From Octopus sinensis (taxonomy: Eukaryota): a DNA stretch of 64,000 bases. The notes beneath the pieces were generated by a model, which made no database searches, was not told where the DNA came from, and was given only the letters and a program-made list of their open reading frames with translations. Location: assembly GCF_006345805.1 (NCBI RefSeq), contig NC_042999.1, forward strand, positions 25,048,001 to 25,112,000, read 5' to 3'. Below are positions 25,310 to 39,559 of this stretch, one piece after another (the first letter of the stretch is position 1; each line of letters opens with the position of its first letter). The position numbers and the translations under genes were made by a program.

Positions 25310-25677
25310 TGGCAAAGCCAGCAATTCCAGGGAAGTGGATCGGTCGATTACATCGACCCCAGTATTCGACGTGTACTTATTTTATCGACCCCGAAAGGAT
25401 GAATGACAAAGTCCACCTCGGCGGAATATGAATTCAGAACGTGAAGACAAACGAAGTACCTATTTCCTTACTACCCACAAGGGGCTAAACACAGAGGGGA
25501 CAAACAAGGACAGACAAACGGATAAGTCGATTACATCGACCCCTAGTGTATAACTGGTACTTAATTTATCGACTCCGAAAGGATGAAAGGCGGAATTTGA
25601 ACTCAGAACGTAACGGCAGACGAAATACGGCTACGCATTTCGCCCGGCGTGCTAACGTTTCTGCCAGCTCGCCGGCT
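25310..25677 (-). mobile_element. SINE B (25461-25677) adjacent to or nested in a SINE B2
   Basis: Two successive reverse-complement central blocks. Confidence 0.8.
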
Positions 25678-25904
25678 TAGAACAAACAATAAGGTAACAA
25701 GTAGCTAGAAATTAAACACCCTGACAAAATAAACTGGCGATGTACACCAACAGGAGTGGTCTAAGCTCAACCAATTCCCACATAAGATAAGAATACAATT
25801 CTGCACAAATATCAAGAATACGGAGGTGCATCAGGTAATGCAGTACAAACATGCATCCATCTCCCGAAGAACAAAATAAAAACAACGGTTTCTGATTTAG
25901 ATAC

Positions 25905-26470
25905 AAAACCAGGAACTTTTAGAGTAGTGGTTAGCTGATCCCAGTATTAAACTAATACTTTTCTCATCGACCCTGGAGTGATGAAAAGTGAAGTTGATCT
26001 CGGCAGGATTTGAAACCAGAATGTAAAGTGAACACACTCTGCAAAACGTTTTCGAACCATCTAACGATCCTGGCAATCCACTACGCAAATACTTGTTTCT
26101 GATTCAGACACAAAACTAATAGGTTTTGTTGCGAGAAGATTAGTCAGTTTCGGTGGGGTTTGAATTCTGAACATGTAGATATAAATACATATACGAATAA
26201 ATACCTATTTCTTTATTACCCACAAGGGGCTAAACATAGAGGGGACAAACAATGACAGACATAGGTATTAAGTCGATTACATCGACCCCAGTGCGTAACT
26301 GGTACTTATTTAATCGACCCCGAAAGGATGAAAGGAAAAGTCGACCTCGGCGGAATTTGAACTCACAACGTAACGACAGACGAAATACCGCTAAGCATTT
26401 CGTTCGGCGTGCTAACTTTTCTGCCAGAATACCGCAAGTTAATTATCTGGCGCTCTAACGATTCTGCCAT
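25905..26470 (-). mobile_element. Cluster of SINE B2 fragments with a full SINE B (26203-26430)
   Basis: Family B sequence flanked by degenerate B2 pieces. Confidence 0.75.
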
Positions 26471-27108
26471 TCTAAGCAACGATAACAATAAATATTTCTT
26501 TCAATAAAAAGAAGAGAAGAAGAAGAAAAAAAGAATTACAGCATCTCGGATTTGATAAGATAAGAAAATGAGGCCAGATGTAAGTTTTCAGAGAAGTATG
26601 ATGCAGGAAGGCGTTACAAAAGTTACCGTTTTGTTAGAATTTTGAGATAAGGCAACAGTACAGCCTGCTAAAGATGGACGCTTTGACACTGAAAAAGGCT
26701 ACAGTATCTAGGTTTAAATTTGTACCGCCTACTATTTCATCTAAGTATCTTGGAAGGAAGAGATAAGTGAAATGTCTAATGTGCAGTAAAGACAGCCAAA
26801 CTCTTTGGATCGATCTGCGTTCCACCAGACACGCACGCTCGCACACACATAGACACACAGACACGCATAGACACACGCACGGAACCCCCCCCCCACACAC
26901 ACTCTCTCCCTCACACATATGTATGTGTGTGAGTATGTATATATATGTGTGTGTCTCCATATAGTTATCAATAACCTTCCTTCTCTTGGGACTTTATAAA
27001 TTCTTGTTTATCAGGCTTCCGATTTTGCACTTTTAATACAAAATCCGCAGCTACTGTGATTTTAGCATCTTAGATGGGAGAGTTACGTGAGCCCTAATTA
27101 ACTGTGGT

Positions 27109-27414
27109 GGAGGCGCAATGGCCCAGTGGTTAGGGCAGCAGACTCGTGGTTATAGGATCGCGGTTTCGATTCCCAGACCGGGCGTTGTGAGTGTTTATTG
27201 AGCGAAAACACCTAAAAAAGCTCTACGAGGCTCCGGCAGGGGGTGGTGATCCCTGCTGTACTCTTCCACCACTCTTTCTCCCACTCTTTCTTCTGTTGGC
27301 CTGCTCGCTTAGCCAGCGGGGTGGCGTCATTCGAAGGCTAAAACGATGCGAACGCATTGTGACCAGCGATGTGTAACAACATCTGATGGTCTGGTCGGTC
27401 ATGTGATCACGTGA
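27109..27414 (+). mobile_element. SINE family C, full length
   Basis: tRNA-like head ggaggcgcaatggcccagtggttagggcagc; ends gtgatcacgtga. Confidence 0.9.
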
Positions 27415-27891
27415 TATATAATGTAATACTGTATATAACAAACCTACTTATAACGCGCCTTAGTCTTAATGGCTAAAATAAACTAATATCATTCTTTTTG
27501 ACTCTGATTTAAGATATAAATAAATATTAACTTATTGATTTCTTTCGCTTGAATATAGCAACTAACGCTGTGTTCCAAATGATATGAATGAAATGAAAAC
27601 AAACAAAAAAAAAAGCAACAGTAGAAAGTCGATATACAGGGTGATGAACTCATAACGTCAAGTGTTCACTTCTTCAACTGTTAACATAAACCCCTTCAAT
27701 CGTCTTAAATGAGTGTTAGAGATGATGTTAGCTAGCTGTGGTAGATATAGGCATGTTCTTACATTCTTAGATACAAGAATGCTCGCTGTATTCATTTTAT
27801 CAAGGGTTATTAAACACCGAAAAAGTGTCGCAATAGAGTTATTGTAATCTAATCTCCTTCAAACATATATAGTAATGTCACTACACGTTTA

Positions 27892-28762
27892 CATAGTCTG
27901 ATCAATATGTATCGGGGCTGTTGCCATAGTAAGGAAGCTAAAGCATGCAGAGTGAAGCCGCTTGGCACAGACTGATGTTCGATTCTGCAATGCATGGACA
28001 CTAAAGTTTTAACGTTCTAGCTCACCCCCACTGTTTACTGAAGTACTTGGGAGTAAGGTGTGTAGCGTGTGATCGTCGCATTGACCATGACAGAAAAAGT
28101 TGACCAGAGAATCTGTATCAAATTTAGCCAAAAGCTTGGCGATACCTGATCAGAGACCTACGCAAAGTTTTCAAAATGTTTTCATCATTGTCGACACAAT
28201 CAAGGAGATCTTGTGTAACTGAAACTCCGAGTGTCTTTATGATCAGCAGAAAGCAGTTTTAGTACAAACTTGGCAGACATGCGTCCCATACCCAAATCTT
28301 CAGTGATAATGGACTGAACTAAAACCGTAACTAATCTGCACATCCTCTGATAACTCACGGATGGTGATTCGACGATTTCCCCTCACAGGTTCACACACAT
28401 CTGCAATGTTTATCTCAGTTCTGCTGGCCGCGGGTCTCCCAGAACGTTCGTCAATATCGACATTTTGTCGGAAATCTTGGAAATGTTTGAAACTCTCGTA
28501 CACTTGTGTGCGGTTTACACACTCCTCTCCATACACTTTCTGCAACTTTGCGTAGGCTTCTGAACAGGTATCGCCATGACAACTTTCTCTGTTATGGTCA
28601 ATACGACGATCACATGTTACACACCTTCCTTCCAAACACTACAGTAAACAGCGGAAGTGGGCTAGAACGTTAAAAAGCTAAGTCCAAGGTCAATCTTTGC
28701 CAAGCGGTTTCACTCTGCGTTTTTTAGCTTCGTTACTATGGCAACAGTCCGGATCAGACCTG
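27892..28762. mobile_element. Mariner fold-back element made of two 5' ends
   Basis: Inverted arms gtctgatc..ctgttgccatagtaa; MTEKVDQRICIKF on plus, and the longer N-terminus ..SEAYAKLQKVYGEEC..ERSGRP..ITIRELSE on minus. Confidence 0.8.
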
Positions 28763-28918
28763 GTTTTCTCTTTATTTACGAATGCAAGGCCATCTTCTGT
28801 GGTAAACACAGTTAAAATATCTACAGCCATTATATGATCTGTGATCTGCGTAGTTCAGTTTACGCTACTGTTTTTCTTGACTGTGTTTTATTAGATTTAT
28901 GTCCGTTACACAAACCAG

Positions 28919-28996
28919 ACATGTAGAGAAAATATCATTGCACAAACATGTAGAGAAGATATCATTATACAAACTTGTAGAGAAAATATCCTTGAC
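28919..28996. repeat. 27-bp minisatellite, about 3 units
   Basis: acatgtagagaaaatatcattgcacaa repeated. Confidence 0.7.
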
Positions 28997-29361
28997 AGAA
29001 CTCTGGCTTGCTTAATGTTCTAGAAATATAACTTGAGGCGGTCTTATGATCGACTCTCACAATTTTGATGTCTTCTCTGTTTCATGGAAATGAATAAAGA
29101 CATCTACAGCACGATAAACATTATAATTTTGCTGTGCTGACGTTCAGTGGTCACATGGAATAAAAGTCAAAAAACAAAAGGACTCCTGGTTATTTAAATA
29201 CACAGTCATATCTATACCAAACTTACTTTTGCTGTGACGATAGCCCACCTCAATCTTTAACGAGGATAAAAGATGTGTATAAATTCTATATCTTGCACTC
29301 TCGGGAATACGGGGCCAAAACCCACCCTACTCTCTTATTCATCCCTATATATATATATATA

Positions 29362-29612
29362 TACTTTATTTAAAGCAGCAGAAAATTCAACAAAATCTGT
29401 TACTCTGAGTTTCTCGTTGCCGTTCATCAGACAGTTTTTGCTAGAATCTGTCTGATGAACGGCAAAAACTGTCTGTTGAACGGCAACGAGAAACTCAGAG
29501 TAACAGATTTTGTTGAATTTTCTGCTGCTTTAAATAAAGCATATTACTCTACCACTGGTATTTGAGTACTCTTTTTTCCACCTTGTTTCACATTTATGTG
29601 TTTACTACTCCG
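29362..29612. mobile_element. Partly inverted hammerhead module (HH-v)
   Basis: Arms of about 80 bp; intact core on minus at 29397-29434: CTGT-CTGATGA-ACGGCAACGA-GAAA-CTCAGAG-TA-ACAG; plus copy has CTGTTGA. Confidence 0.75.
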
Positions 29613-29634
29613 TATATATACATATATCTATATA

Positions 29635-29690
<56 letters not shown>

Positions 29691-29691
29691 G

Positions 29692-29727
<36 letters not shown>

Positions 29728-30070
29728 ATATATTATATATATATATATATATATTATTATATTATAATATATATATACTTATAGGGACATAGAAATATAT
29801 CATCAGCAGGCGAGGTTCGACCAGATTCAGCAGTGACATTGCTGGATCCAGATTTATGTATCTATCTTTTGCCACAAAGTATTCAATCGAAACCCATACA
29901 TAAACACCTACACATACAGACATATACATACATACGACTACATACTTACATATATGTATGTATGTTTGTATCTATGTATGTATTATGTATGTAACTATGT
30001 ATGTATGTAAATGTGTCTATATTATTTATATATATATACATTATATATATATATATTTACATATATAATC

Positions 30071-30105
<35 letters not shown>

Positions 30106-30125
30106 TTATATATATATCTATATAT

Positions 30126-30223
<98 letters not shown>

Positions 30224-30232
30224 TATATATTA

Positions 30233-31455
30233 CAGTGTGCGATGGGTATTTGAGGACGATTTTAATATACAATAAACAATTATATTTCATATAAATAAAT
30301 TTGCATTTAAATAAACGCGTGTGCAATTAGTCTTGATAATGATTTTTAAGCAAATTGTTCCGTGAAACCGCCTTCGGTTTCCATGAGTGCTTCAATGCTG
30401 GACCGAAACCGCTGGCACGCTAACACTATATGGTCCTTATTCATTTCGGACATTAGTGGCCTTCAGTGAAGCTATGGTATTATGAGGATGATCATCAGTC
30501 TCCCTTTCAATAATGCTCCACACATGATAGCCCATGGAGTTCAAATCTAGCGAGTTTGGAGGCCACATATTAGGTGTTACACAATCGTAAAGATTGTCTG
30601 ACAATCATTCTTCGGTGACTAGGGCCTTGTGAGAAGATGCTGAGTCTTGTTGAAACACAAGGCCTTCCATTATATACTTCATCATTAATCCAACATCAAT
30701 TAATTCTAAGACCCTGTAGAAAAACGCGGGGAGGCATCACATGACTTTCGCTACTCACCACTCCTAAAACTATCATAGTTGCTGGTAATTTCGTGTGCAT
30801 CACTCTGGGTACTTCAGAAGGGTCTGCACATAACCACTTGTCATTTCTTCTGTTAGACTTTTGATCCTGGTAATGGGGAAAACTAATCATGACTTGTTCA
30901 GAGAAAAACCAAAGCATGACGTGTTCACGAGGGTTTTTCACTTTGTTAAGTAACCGTTTCGAACGGTTGAAACGGATTCCCTGTGTCTTTGAAGACACAA
31001 ATTGGCTTTTCCTCATTACATAGGAGTTGTATCAAATGTCACGATGTATCAGAGTTCTGCTGGTCCACTCTGACATCCGAAGGTCTTTAGCAATGGACCT
31101 CATAGATCTTCTAGGGTGTTCATCGATAAAGTTTTGAACATGTTGTATAAATTCCGGTTTCCTTTTAGAGTCTGAGCATTGTGAATGTTTTTTCTCTTTG
31201 ATACAGGGGAAACATCACCATCACATGTCTCCAATTCCACCCGACCTTTGTACAAATGACCATGCAATATTTAGAAAGTTATTGATTTTTAAATCACTGT
31301 GGTTTTTATGAATAGCATGTTTTTTCATTTCTTGAGTTGGCATGATATCTTGAAAGGGTTATCTGAGAAAAAAACAAAACAAAAAACGAAAAAAAAGTAA
31401 TTTGAAGGTGTAAGGAACTAAAAACGAAATGTCCTCAAATACTCCTCACATTATG
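30233..31455 (-). mobile_element. Tc1/mariner DD37D (maT-like) element, full length, decayed
   Basis: TA-flanked TIRs containing gtatttgaggac; QDQKSNRRNDKWLC..VMHTKLPATMIVLGVVSSESHVMPP. Confidence 0.85.
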
Positions 31456-31560
31456 TATATGTATGTATATCAATAAATATGTATGTAGGAAATTGAATCT
31501 TTAAAATGTATTCCCTATTAGTTATATAATCAAGTACTATTACACTTTCTTATATCCACG

Positions 31561-31880
<320 letters not shown>

Positions 31881-32096
31881 CATAACTAGTCAGGGAAGTT
31901 TGGATATCTTTAGCTATATTCAATTTAGCATATTTTTCCAATATTTCACTGTATTCCAAAGAGTTTTTAAGAGTAAGTCAACTCAGCATGATAATATAAA
32001 CGGTATTGAGCTCTTGCAGAAATGTCTGCTAAAAGCTACCATGATAGAATTTATTTCTTTGATTATTAAAGAACATACATACGTACCTAAGTATAT

Positions 32097-32135
<39 letters not shown>

Positions 32136-32273
32136 ACGTGTACTTTCTGTTTATATATATCTATACCTATATCTATATATATATAAATTATACGTGTGCT
32201 TCTGTATTTATACATACATATATATATACATGTATATTATATATATATATATATATTATATATATATATATAT

Positions 32274-32307
<34 letters not shown>

Positions 32308-32318
32308 ATAATAACCAC

Positions 32319-32354
<36 letters not shown>

Positions 32355-32382
32355 ATACACATATATATATATACATACATAA

Positions 32383-32429
<47 letters not shown>

Positions 32430-32560
32430 TTATATATATATATATTATATATATACAGTCACAGAAGCACCCGTACACACACATATAACCAAACAAATGA
32501 AAATATGTATCCTATTATTATATACATTATTTATACAATATATATTATGAATAAGTGGTG

Positions 32561-32613
<53 letters not shown>

Positions 32614-32800
32614 TGCGTACGTGAATGTGTGTGTGTGTGTGTGTTGTGTCTGTGTGTTACAGAAATAAACCATTCGGAATTAGTGGAAACTATTAGGAAT
32701 TATCGTCCACTCATCTTACCAATGCTATCCAGATGTAATAGACATAAAATTCCGTGCAGTGTGGAGCAGCTATATATCAATTTAATTGAAAACTTGAATA

Positions 32801-32848
<48 letters not shown>

Positions 32849-33251
32849 CACTGTTGTTGTTGTCACTGCTACTAGTATTATTTGTAGTGGTGGTGGTGGT
32901 GGTGGTTGGATGCCTTGGAGACAGTCACATTCTAAACGAAACATAGTTTGTAAAATTTGTAATTGTGATATGCAGAGAACTTCCCCAGATGTCGGCACTT
33001 TTAGGAATAGTTCGACAACAGTAATAAAATTGATAATGGTTATTAAGGTAGGCAATAAGGCCAGAGCAGCTCGTTTATTTTATCACCCCCAAGTACCGGG
33101 CCGGTACTTTATTTTATAGACCTCGGAAAGATGAAAGCAAAGCTGAGCGTGATGGGTTTTAGACAGACGACATAAAGAATCGGTCCAAATGCACGAAGGG
33201 AATTTGTCTGAGTCTATAACGACTCTGCCTATCAATATAACAATCCCTCAA

Positions 33252-33752
33252 GGTAGCGAGCTGGCAGAAACGTTAGCACGCCGGGTGAATTGCTTAGCGG
33301 TATTTCGTCTGCCGTTACGTTGTGAGTTCAAATTCCGCCGAGGTCGACTTTGCCTTTCATCCTTTCGGGGTCGATAAATTAAGTACCAGTTACGCACTGG
33401 GGTCGATGTAATCGACTTAATACCTATGTCTGTCCATGTTTGTCCCCTCTGTGTTTAGCCCCCTGTGGGTAATAAAGAAATAGGTATTTCGTCTGCAGCT
33501 ACGTTCTGAGTTCTAATTCCGCCGAGGTCGACTTTGCCTTTCATCCTTTCGGGGTTGATTAAATAAATACCAGTTCCTCACTGGGGTCGATATAATCGAC
33601 ATAATCCGTTTGTCTGTCCTTGTTTGTCCCCTCTGTGTTTAGCCCCTTGTGGGTAGTAAAGAAATAAGAAACATTAGCACGCCGAGCGAAATCCTTAGCG
33701 GTAGTTCGTCTGCCTTTACGTTCTGAGTTCAAACTCCGCAGAGGTTGGGCCT
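33252..33752 (+). mobile_element. Tandem cluster of three SINE B copies or fragments
   Basis: Full copy 33252-33485, truncated copy to about 33668, then a head fragment. Confidence 0.85.
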
Positions 33753-33757
33753 TGTGC

Positions 33758-33828
<71 letters not shown>

Positions 33829-34069
33829 GACACACACAAATATATAGATATATGGCCAGACATTCGTGCGCACACACACATGCATGCAGATGCACGCATG
33901 TATATTAGTGTGCGCATGTACATGCATGAGTATAGATGCGTACAACAAGCGTTGTGGGTTGATAAGCGTTGAGGATTGGTAATTGGCAGTCCTACTCGTG
34001 GGGTTGGTTGGTTGGTGACGGTGACCTTGGTGCAGAGTAGCAGCTGGTACTAAGGCGGTATATCCAGGT

Positions 34070-34390
34070 TGTCCGGCATTCAGAGGCTTGAAATTTGCCA
34101 GAAGAGCATACCGCTGGTGAAAGCAATAAGATAAAACGTATTACTTATTGATGGATACTGTGGGTTGTTGGAGTTTTTCGCGGAGGTAGAGCTGGCAGTT
34201 GGAGGAACATGGTGAACATGGTGGCGCTCTGTCGACAATAGTCCACTTGATACTGGGTGTTTCGTCTCGGAGATCACGGAGTCTCCAGAGAAAACGAAAC
34301 AGGGAAGTAGAGTTCTCTCTGTCCCTGGATCATAAACACAGAAGCAAGGGAGCTAGCCACTTAATTTTCACAGAAGATGTTTTTCGTGCA
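34070..34390 (-). pseudogene. Penelope-like GIY-YIG endonuclease C-terminal fragment
   Basis: RDRENSTSLFRFLWRLRDLRDETPSIKWTIVDRAPPCSPCSSNCQLYLREKL..INK*YVLSYCFHQRYALLANFK resembles the PLE EN tail NSTELSKYIW..CNLCL.EK..LNKRSE..CRH. Confidence 0.7.
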
Positions 34391-34399
34391 TAGCGAAAT

Positions 34400-35305
34400 T
34401 TTTTTGTCTTTATAATGGTATTTAACTGCCCGATTCTGCTGTGTAAATTGTTTATGCTTTAGTCTAGCATCGTTACTGGCCTCGGTTGCTTATGTTGTTT
34501 CATTGCCTCATGATCTGTACATATCTCAATATAACAGCAGTCGTATACAAGCATATTACAATAACTCCACAGCGCTATCATCAATATCTTTTACCATGAG
34601 AGTGAATGATTTTGTCCCCTACTTGTATTTAGGCTTGTATTTAGCTTACAGAAGCTGGTAAATTGTTTTCAAACTATGGGTTTAAAATGTTCATAATAGT
34701 ATGTGTCGGGTTAGTATAGGAAGGATGCTTGTGGTGTTGGTTTGGTTATATTATTATTGTCTCTATGTTAGTCTTATGCTGATTTTGAATATAGTCGGAA
34801 AAATATGCACAACATGAATCGGGAAATCTGTTGCTGTCTGTGACATCCGTTTTTCAATCATAAAAAATGCTTGTTACCGTAATGATTATCTTCAAAGTGG
34901 CTTAATTTTGGATGGCATTCGCCCCAGTATGCTTTTAACCGCTTCATTTAGCCTATTGAAGTTTCATATCGAGCTTCTCCAAAAAAAGCTAAAGTACGTC
35001 TTAATTAAATTTCAAAGACCAAGTGAAATGAGAGGAATAATTGTCTTTTAAAATATCTAACAGGTGTGGTAGAATTGTATCGCTCGTGGTGTTATTAATG
35101 TCGGCTTTCATGATTGAAGAGAAATTCCGAGCGATGAAAAATATTTTATCAAACAGCGAGTTGGTGTTTTTTGTAGTTGTAACAAAAAAAAAAGATCTGT
35201 TTATTGATATAGGTTTTGTTAGGTCGGCATTGTTGCAGGAAAACACGTTCAGATTCCTATTTTGGACGATTTTGTAAGCCCGTGCGTCTGTTACTGATGG
35301 CGACC
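34400..35305 (-). mobile_element. R4/Dong-like LINE, 5' region
   Basis: YSSHFTWS and MKRLKAYWGECHP match the N-terminus of the 47-50 kb copy; 5' end abuts (TATG)n. Confidence 0.6.
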
Positions 35306-35332
35306 TGTATGTATGTATGTATGTAGATGCAA

Positions 35333-35559
35333 GGTGGCGAGCTGGCAGAAACGTTAGCACGCCGGGCGAAATGCTTAGCGGTATTTCGTCTGCGTTACGT
35401 TGTGAGTTCGAATTCCGCCGAGGTCGACTTTGCCTTTCATTCTTTCGGGGTCGATAAATTAAGTACCAGTTACGCACTGGGGTCGATGTAATCGACTTAA
35501 TACCTATGTCTGTCCTTGTTTGTCCCCTCTGCCTTTAGCCCCTTGTGGGTAATAAAGAA

Positions 35560-35560
<1 letters not shown>
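35333..35560 (+). mobile_element. SINE family B
   Basis: Full copy. Confidence 0.9.
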
Positions 35561-35590
<30 letters not shown>

Positions 35591-35616
35591 TGTATGTATG
35601 TATGTATGTATGTATA

Positions 35617-35796
35617 GTCGGGTCGTCGACGACTAAACTGGCAACCCCACCAAGCTTGCTTGGTGAGGAGGGTGTTTATTGGACACCCTGCGGGATGAAA
35701 AACAAAACCCGTCAAAGGGCGGAGGAACTCTTGAGAGTCAAAGGCCATCCAGTAAATGTCTTAAGGCTGTATCATGCGCGAGGACATAGAAATAAT
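35617..35796 (+). mobile_element. Hairpin-rich short interspersed element (family R), short form
   Basis: Three copies in the window; ends gaaataat + (GTAT)n. Confidence 0.75.
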
Positions 35797-36419
35797 GTAT
35801 GTATGTATGTATGTATGTATGTATGTATGTATGTATGTATGTATGTATGTATGTATGTATGTATGTATGTATGTATGTATGTATGTATGTGTGTATGTAT
35901 GTATGCATATCATTGTTCAGTTCTATTTCAAGATTTCTTGTTAACAGAAAAAGAACCGGTTTCTAACCTAGATTCAAGAATCCTTCATTGGAATTTCAAC
36001 ATCAACAACAGGGTATTTTTGTTTGTTTGGATGTATGTATGCGTGTATAAGTGCAGATTTGTATGTTTGATTTATATATGCACGTATGTATGTATGTATG
36101 TATGTATGTATGTATGTATGTATGTATGTATGTATGTATGTATGTATGTATGTATGTATGTATGTGTGCATGTATGCATGTTCTGTTATATTTTTAATGA
36201 TTTAAATTCTTCCTTTGAAGAAGGTACTGGTTCCTAACAGAGATACAAAGCTCCATCGTTGGAATGTAGATAACGAAAGCAATATCGCATTTTAAACCCG
36301 AGTCTTGCATAGTTTTACTGTTCCGCTAATAGATTGTATGTATGCATGTATGTATGTATGTATGTATGTATGTATGTATGATGTATGTATGTATGTATGT
36401 ATGTATATATGTATATATT

Positions 36420-36705
36420 TTGTATTTTCTTTGCGTTCTATTTCAGTTCTTAAGAGAGTTTAAGCCGGTCGCTAACAACGTGACAAGACTTCTTGAGTCA
36501 AGTGAGTTCCCGGTGGTTGCAAATATGTAGTTGAGTTGATGTGTTTGTTGAGCTGTCGATGTACGCACACACAAGTGTGTGCAGCTAAAGAATCTCAGAT
36601 GGAGTATCTTTAGAATGTTTTGTAAATCTTTACTGTGCTGCTAATAGATTGGATTGGGATGATAGATGCAAATGATAGCGAAAGCATATCCTTCTAGGTG
36701 GGCTG
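36420..36705 (-). mobile_element. Internally deleted R4/Dong-like stub
   Basis: AHLEGYAFAI fused to the 3'-terminal coding/UTR region; (TATG)n on both sides. Confidence 0.55.
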
Positions 36706-36730
36706 TAATGTATGTATGTATGTACGTACG

Positions 36731-36764
<34 letters not shown>

Positions 36765-36822
36765 TGTATGTATGTATGTATGTATGTATGTATGTATGTA
36801 TGTATGTATGTATGTATGTATG

Positions 36823-37053
36823 TCAGGTCACTTTCGAGTGCTACTGGTAACATGTAACCCAGTACAACCTGTTGCATGGTCGAGGTCATCGGCGACTAAA
36901 CCGGCAACCCCACCAAGCTTGCTTGGTGAGGAGGGTGTTTATTGGACACCCTGTGGGATGAAAAACAAAATCCGTCAAAGGGTGGAGGAACTCTTGAGAG
37001 TCAAAGGCCATCCAGTCTTAAGGCTGTATCATGCGCGAGGACATAGAAATAAT
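36823..37053 (+). mobile_element. Family R, short form
   Basis: Same 3' end as the 35617 copy, with a longer 5' side. Confidence 0.75.
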
Positions 37054-37119
37054 GTATGTATGTATGTATGTATGTATGTATGTATGTATGTATGTATGTA
37101 TGTATGTATGTATGTATGT

Positions 37120-38605
37120 TCTGTTCTTAATTATTTAAATTCTTCCTCTGAGGAAGGAGTTACTTTCTAACAAAGATACAAACGCTATCGTTCGAATGTT
37201 GAACATAAAAACATCACATTTTAAACTTGAGGAAATTCTTTCATAGTTTTACTATTTCACTTACAAATTGTATTTGTAATGTGCGAATTGGTTGGTTTCT
37301 TTTTCTGAAACCCTTGCTTATCCAAATTGTCACTTAGATGTTTGCTCACAAAATCAAGTGTACTGTTTGCTAACGGTATACATTTGAATTTATAATCTGT
37401 ATATAGAAGCTGGAAGTCTCGAAGCAGTTGGCTACAGTTGTCCTCTTTCTCTTTGATTTTCAATGATATATTCATATCAATCGGACAGCTGACATCCCTA
37501 ACAACAATATCCGACCTTTTTATGTTTACACTTGACAGATTGTTTGATGGGAATGTTCCACCAGTATTACTCGTATTGATGTTTCAGCATGTATTCAATT
37601 GCAAGGGAATTCTCCTTATTTATTCGAGGGCAGTCTTTTCTTCGCAGGACATTGTATATTGTTTTTGCGACAACGCCATATTGCACGGAAAAATAGTACC
37701 TTGGTATTTCTGGGCAACTGCTAATCACATGAGCAATGTCTTCCGCAGAAATATGACATAATCTATATTTACGGCTGCATTTTGGGCCTCCAAGGGCTTC
37801 ACTGTCTTTTGTTGATTAGGTATTTAGCAGCAATCTTCTGTTCTTGGATTGCAAAATGCATAGCTTTCGAAGTGAGATGTGATTTAGTGATCACGTGGCC
37901 AAGAGAGGCTACGTTTCATGTCGATAATACTTTCTTCTTCTAGTCATCGGACAACATACCTATGTATAGCCTTTTTTTGTATGCTGAGGGTTTCACATTC
38001 AGGTCGTCTTTGAAGTATCTTAGACCGGCTGTTTTGGGATTGTATGGGAGGTTATCAGGAAGAGAGTACTTCCTGAGGATCTCACTACCGACACGTAGGA
38101 TATTGTTCCCTTCCCCTTTCAGCACTAGTTTAATGCATTCATTTTTACTGTTGCTGCTTAGGAAGCGTTGTGTAAGGGAAACTATATGACATTCGAAGTT
38201 GTCAGCACTGATCTCAAGCCTGTTTCTCCTTTATCTCTTCTCATTAGAGCCTGTTGCTATTTCTGTGGAGACCTCCAGTTGATATCAGTATCTTGCGGGT
38301 TTTAATGTCTATAGAGTGGATTTCCTCTACTGACCTGCCAAATATCCCGAATGTTGGAATCAGCTCTGGTACTGCAAATGCATTGTCATATATATTCTCT
38401 TTTTGTAAAAAAAGTGAGTTCTGATTGCTATATTTTTCCAAGTTTGGCATAATATTCTCGGATCACTTTATCTTTATTCATAGCAGCTTTGCATGATTTG
38501 TTTCCATCACTGACTGGGTACTTGTAGCAAACTTTGTGTGGGACATAGGAGACATAGTGAGGCTATTGATGCACTCATTTTGGGTCCGAGGGACTGATTT
38601 TCCAG

Positions 38606-38607
<2 letters not shown>
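37120..38607 (-). mobile_element. R4/Dong-like LINE, 5'-truncated
   Basis: AFAVPELIPTFGIF..EEIHSIDIKTRKILISTGGLHRN; NILRVGSEILRKY; WWNIPIK..SDIVV; (TATG)n on both sides. Confidence 0.8.
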
Positions 38608-38636
<29 letters not shown>

Positions 38637-39559
38637 TGTATGTATGTATGTATGTATGTATGCATGCATGCATGTATGTATGTATGCATGCATGCATGTA
38701 TGTATGTATGTATGTATGTGTGTATGTATGTATGTATGTGTGTATGTGTGTGTATGCATGCATGTATCTATGTATGTATGTTTGTATGTATGCGTGTATG
38801 TATGTATGTATGTATGTGTGTATGTATGTATGTATGCATGTATGTATGTATGCATGTATGTATGTATGCATGTATGTATGTATGTATGTATGCATGTATG
38901 TTTGTATGTATGTGTGTGTGTATGTATGCATGCATGCATGTATGTATGCATGTATGTATGTATGTATGTATGTATGTATGTATGTATGTGTGTATGTATG
39001 GTTGTGTGTATGTATTTATGTATGTATGTATGTATACATGTATGTATTTATGTATGTATGGATGAATGCCTGCCTGCATGTATGTATGCATGTTATCTTT
39101 CAGTTCTATTTCAAGATTTCTTGATGTATGTATGTATGTATGTATGTATGCGTAAGCGTGTAGGTGTATGTGTGTATGTATACATGTATATATGTAAGTG
39201 TGTATGCTTATTTATGGATGCATATTCTAGTGTTATTTCTTTAATTTCTTATATGTATAAGAGAAGTCGGTTCGTAACCAATATACAAGGAATTTAATCA
39301 CAACAAACTGAGCGGTTGTTTGTATACTTATTTGTATACCTATGCGTGTATGCCCACGTGTATTTGAAGGCAAAGATATGTGGATCTGTATGCTTTATGC
39401 ACTTATAAACATATTTAGATAACTTATAAATATATATTTGGAGGATGACATTTATGACAGACGAAACTTCAAGAACGACTTATATATTCTTACATGAATA
39501 TTTATGGCTTGAAATTTAAATTCATAATGAACTGCGTCCTTTAATTGTTGTTGCTCCAA

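Noticed and set aside
38478-39297. Long ORFs such as 253 aa at 38536 and many MYVC/HTYI/IYIY ORFs elsewhere
   Set aside because: They are translations of (TATG)n, (CA)n, (TA)n and (TATC)n microsatellites, which lack stops in some frames; no coding evidence.
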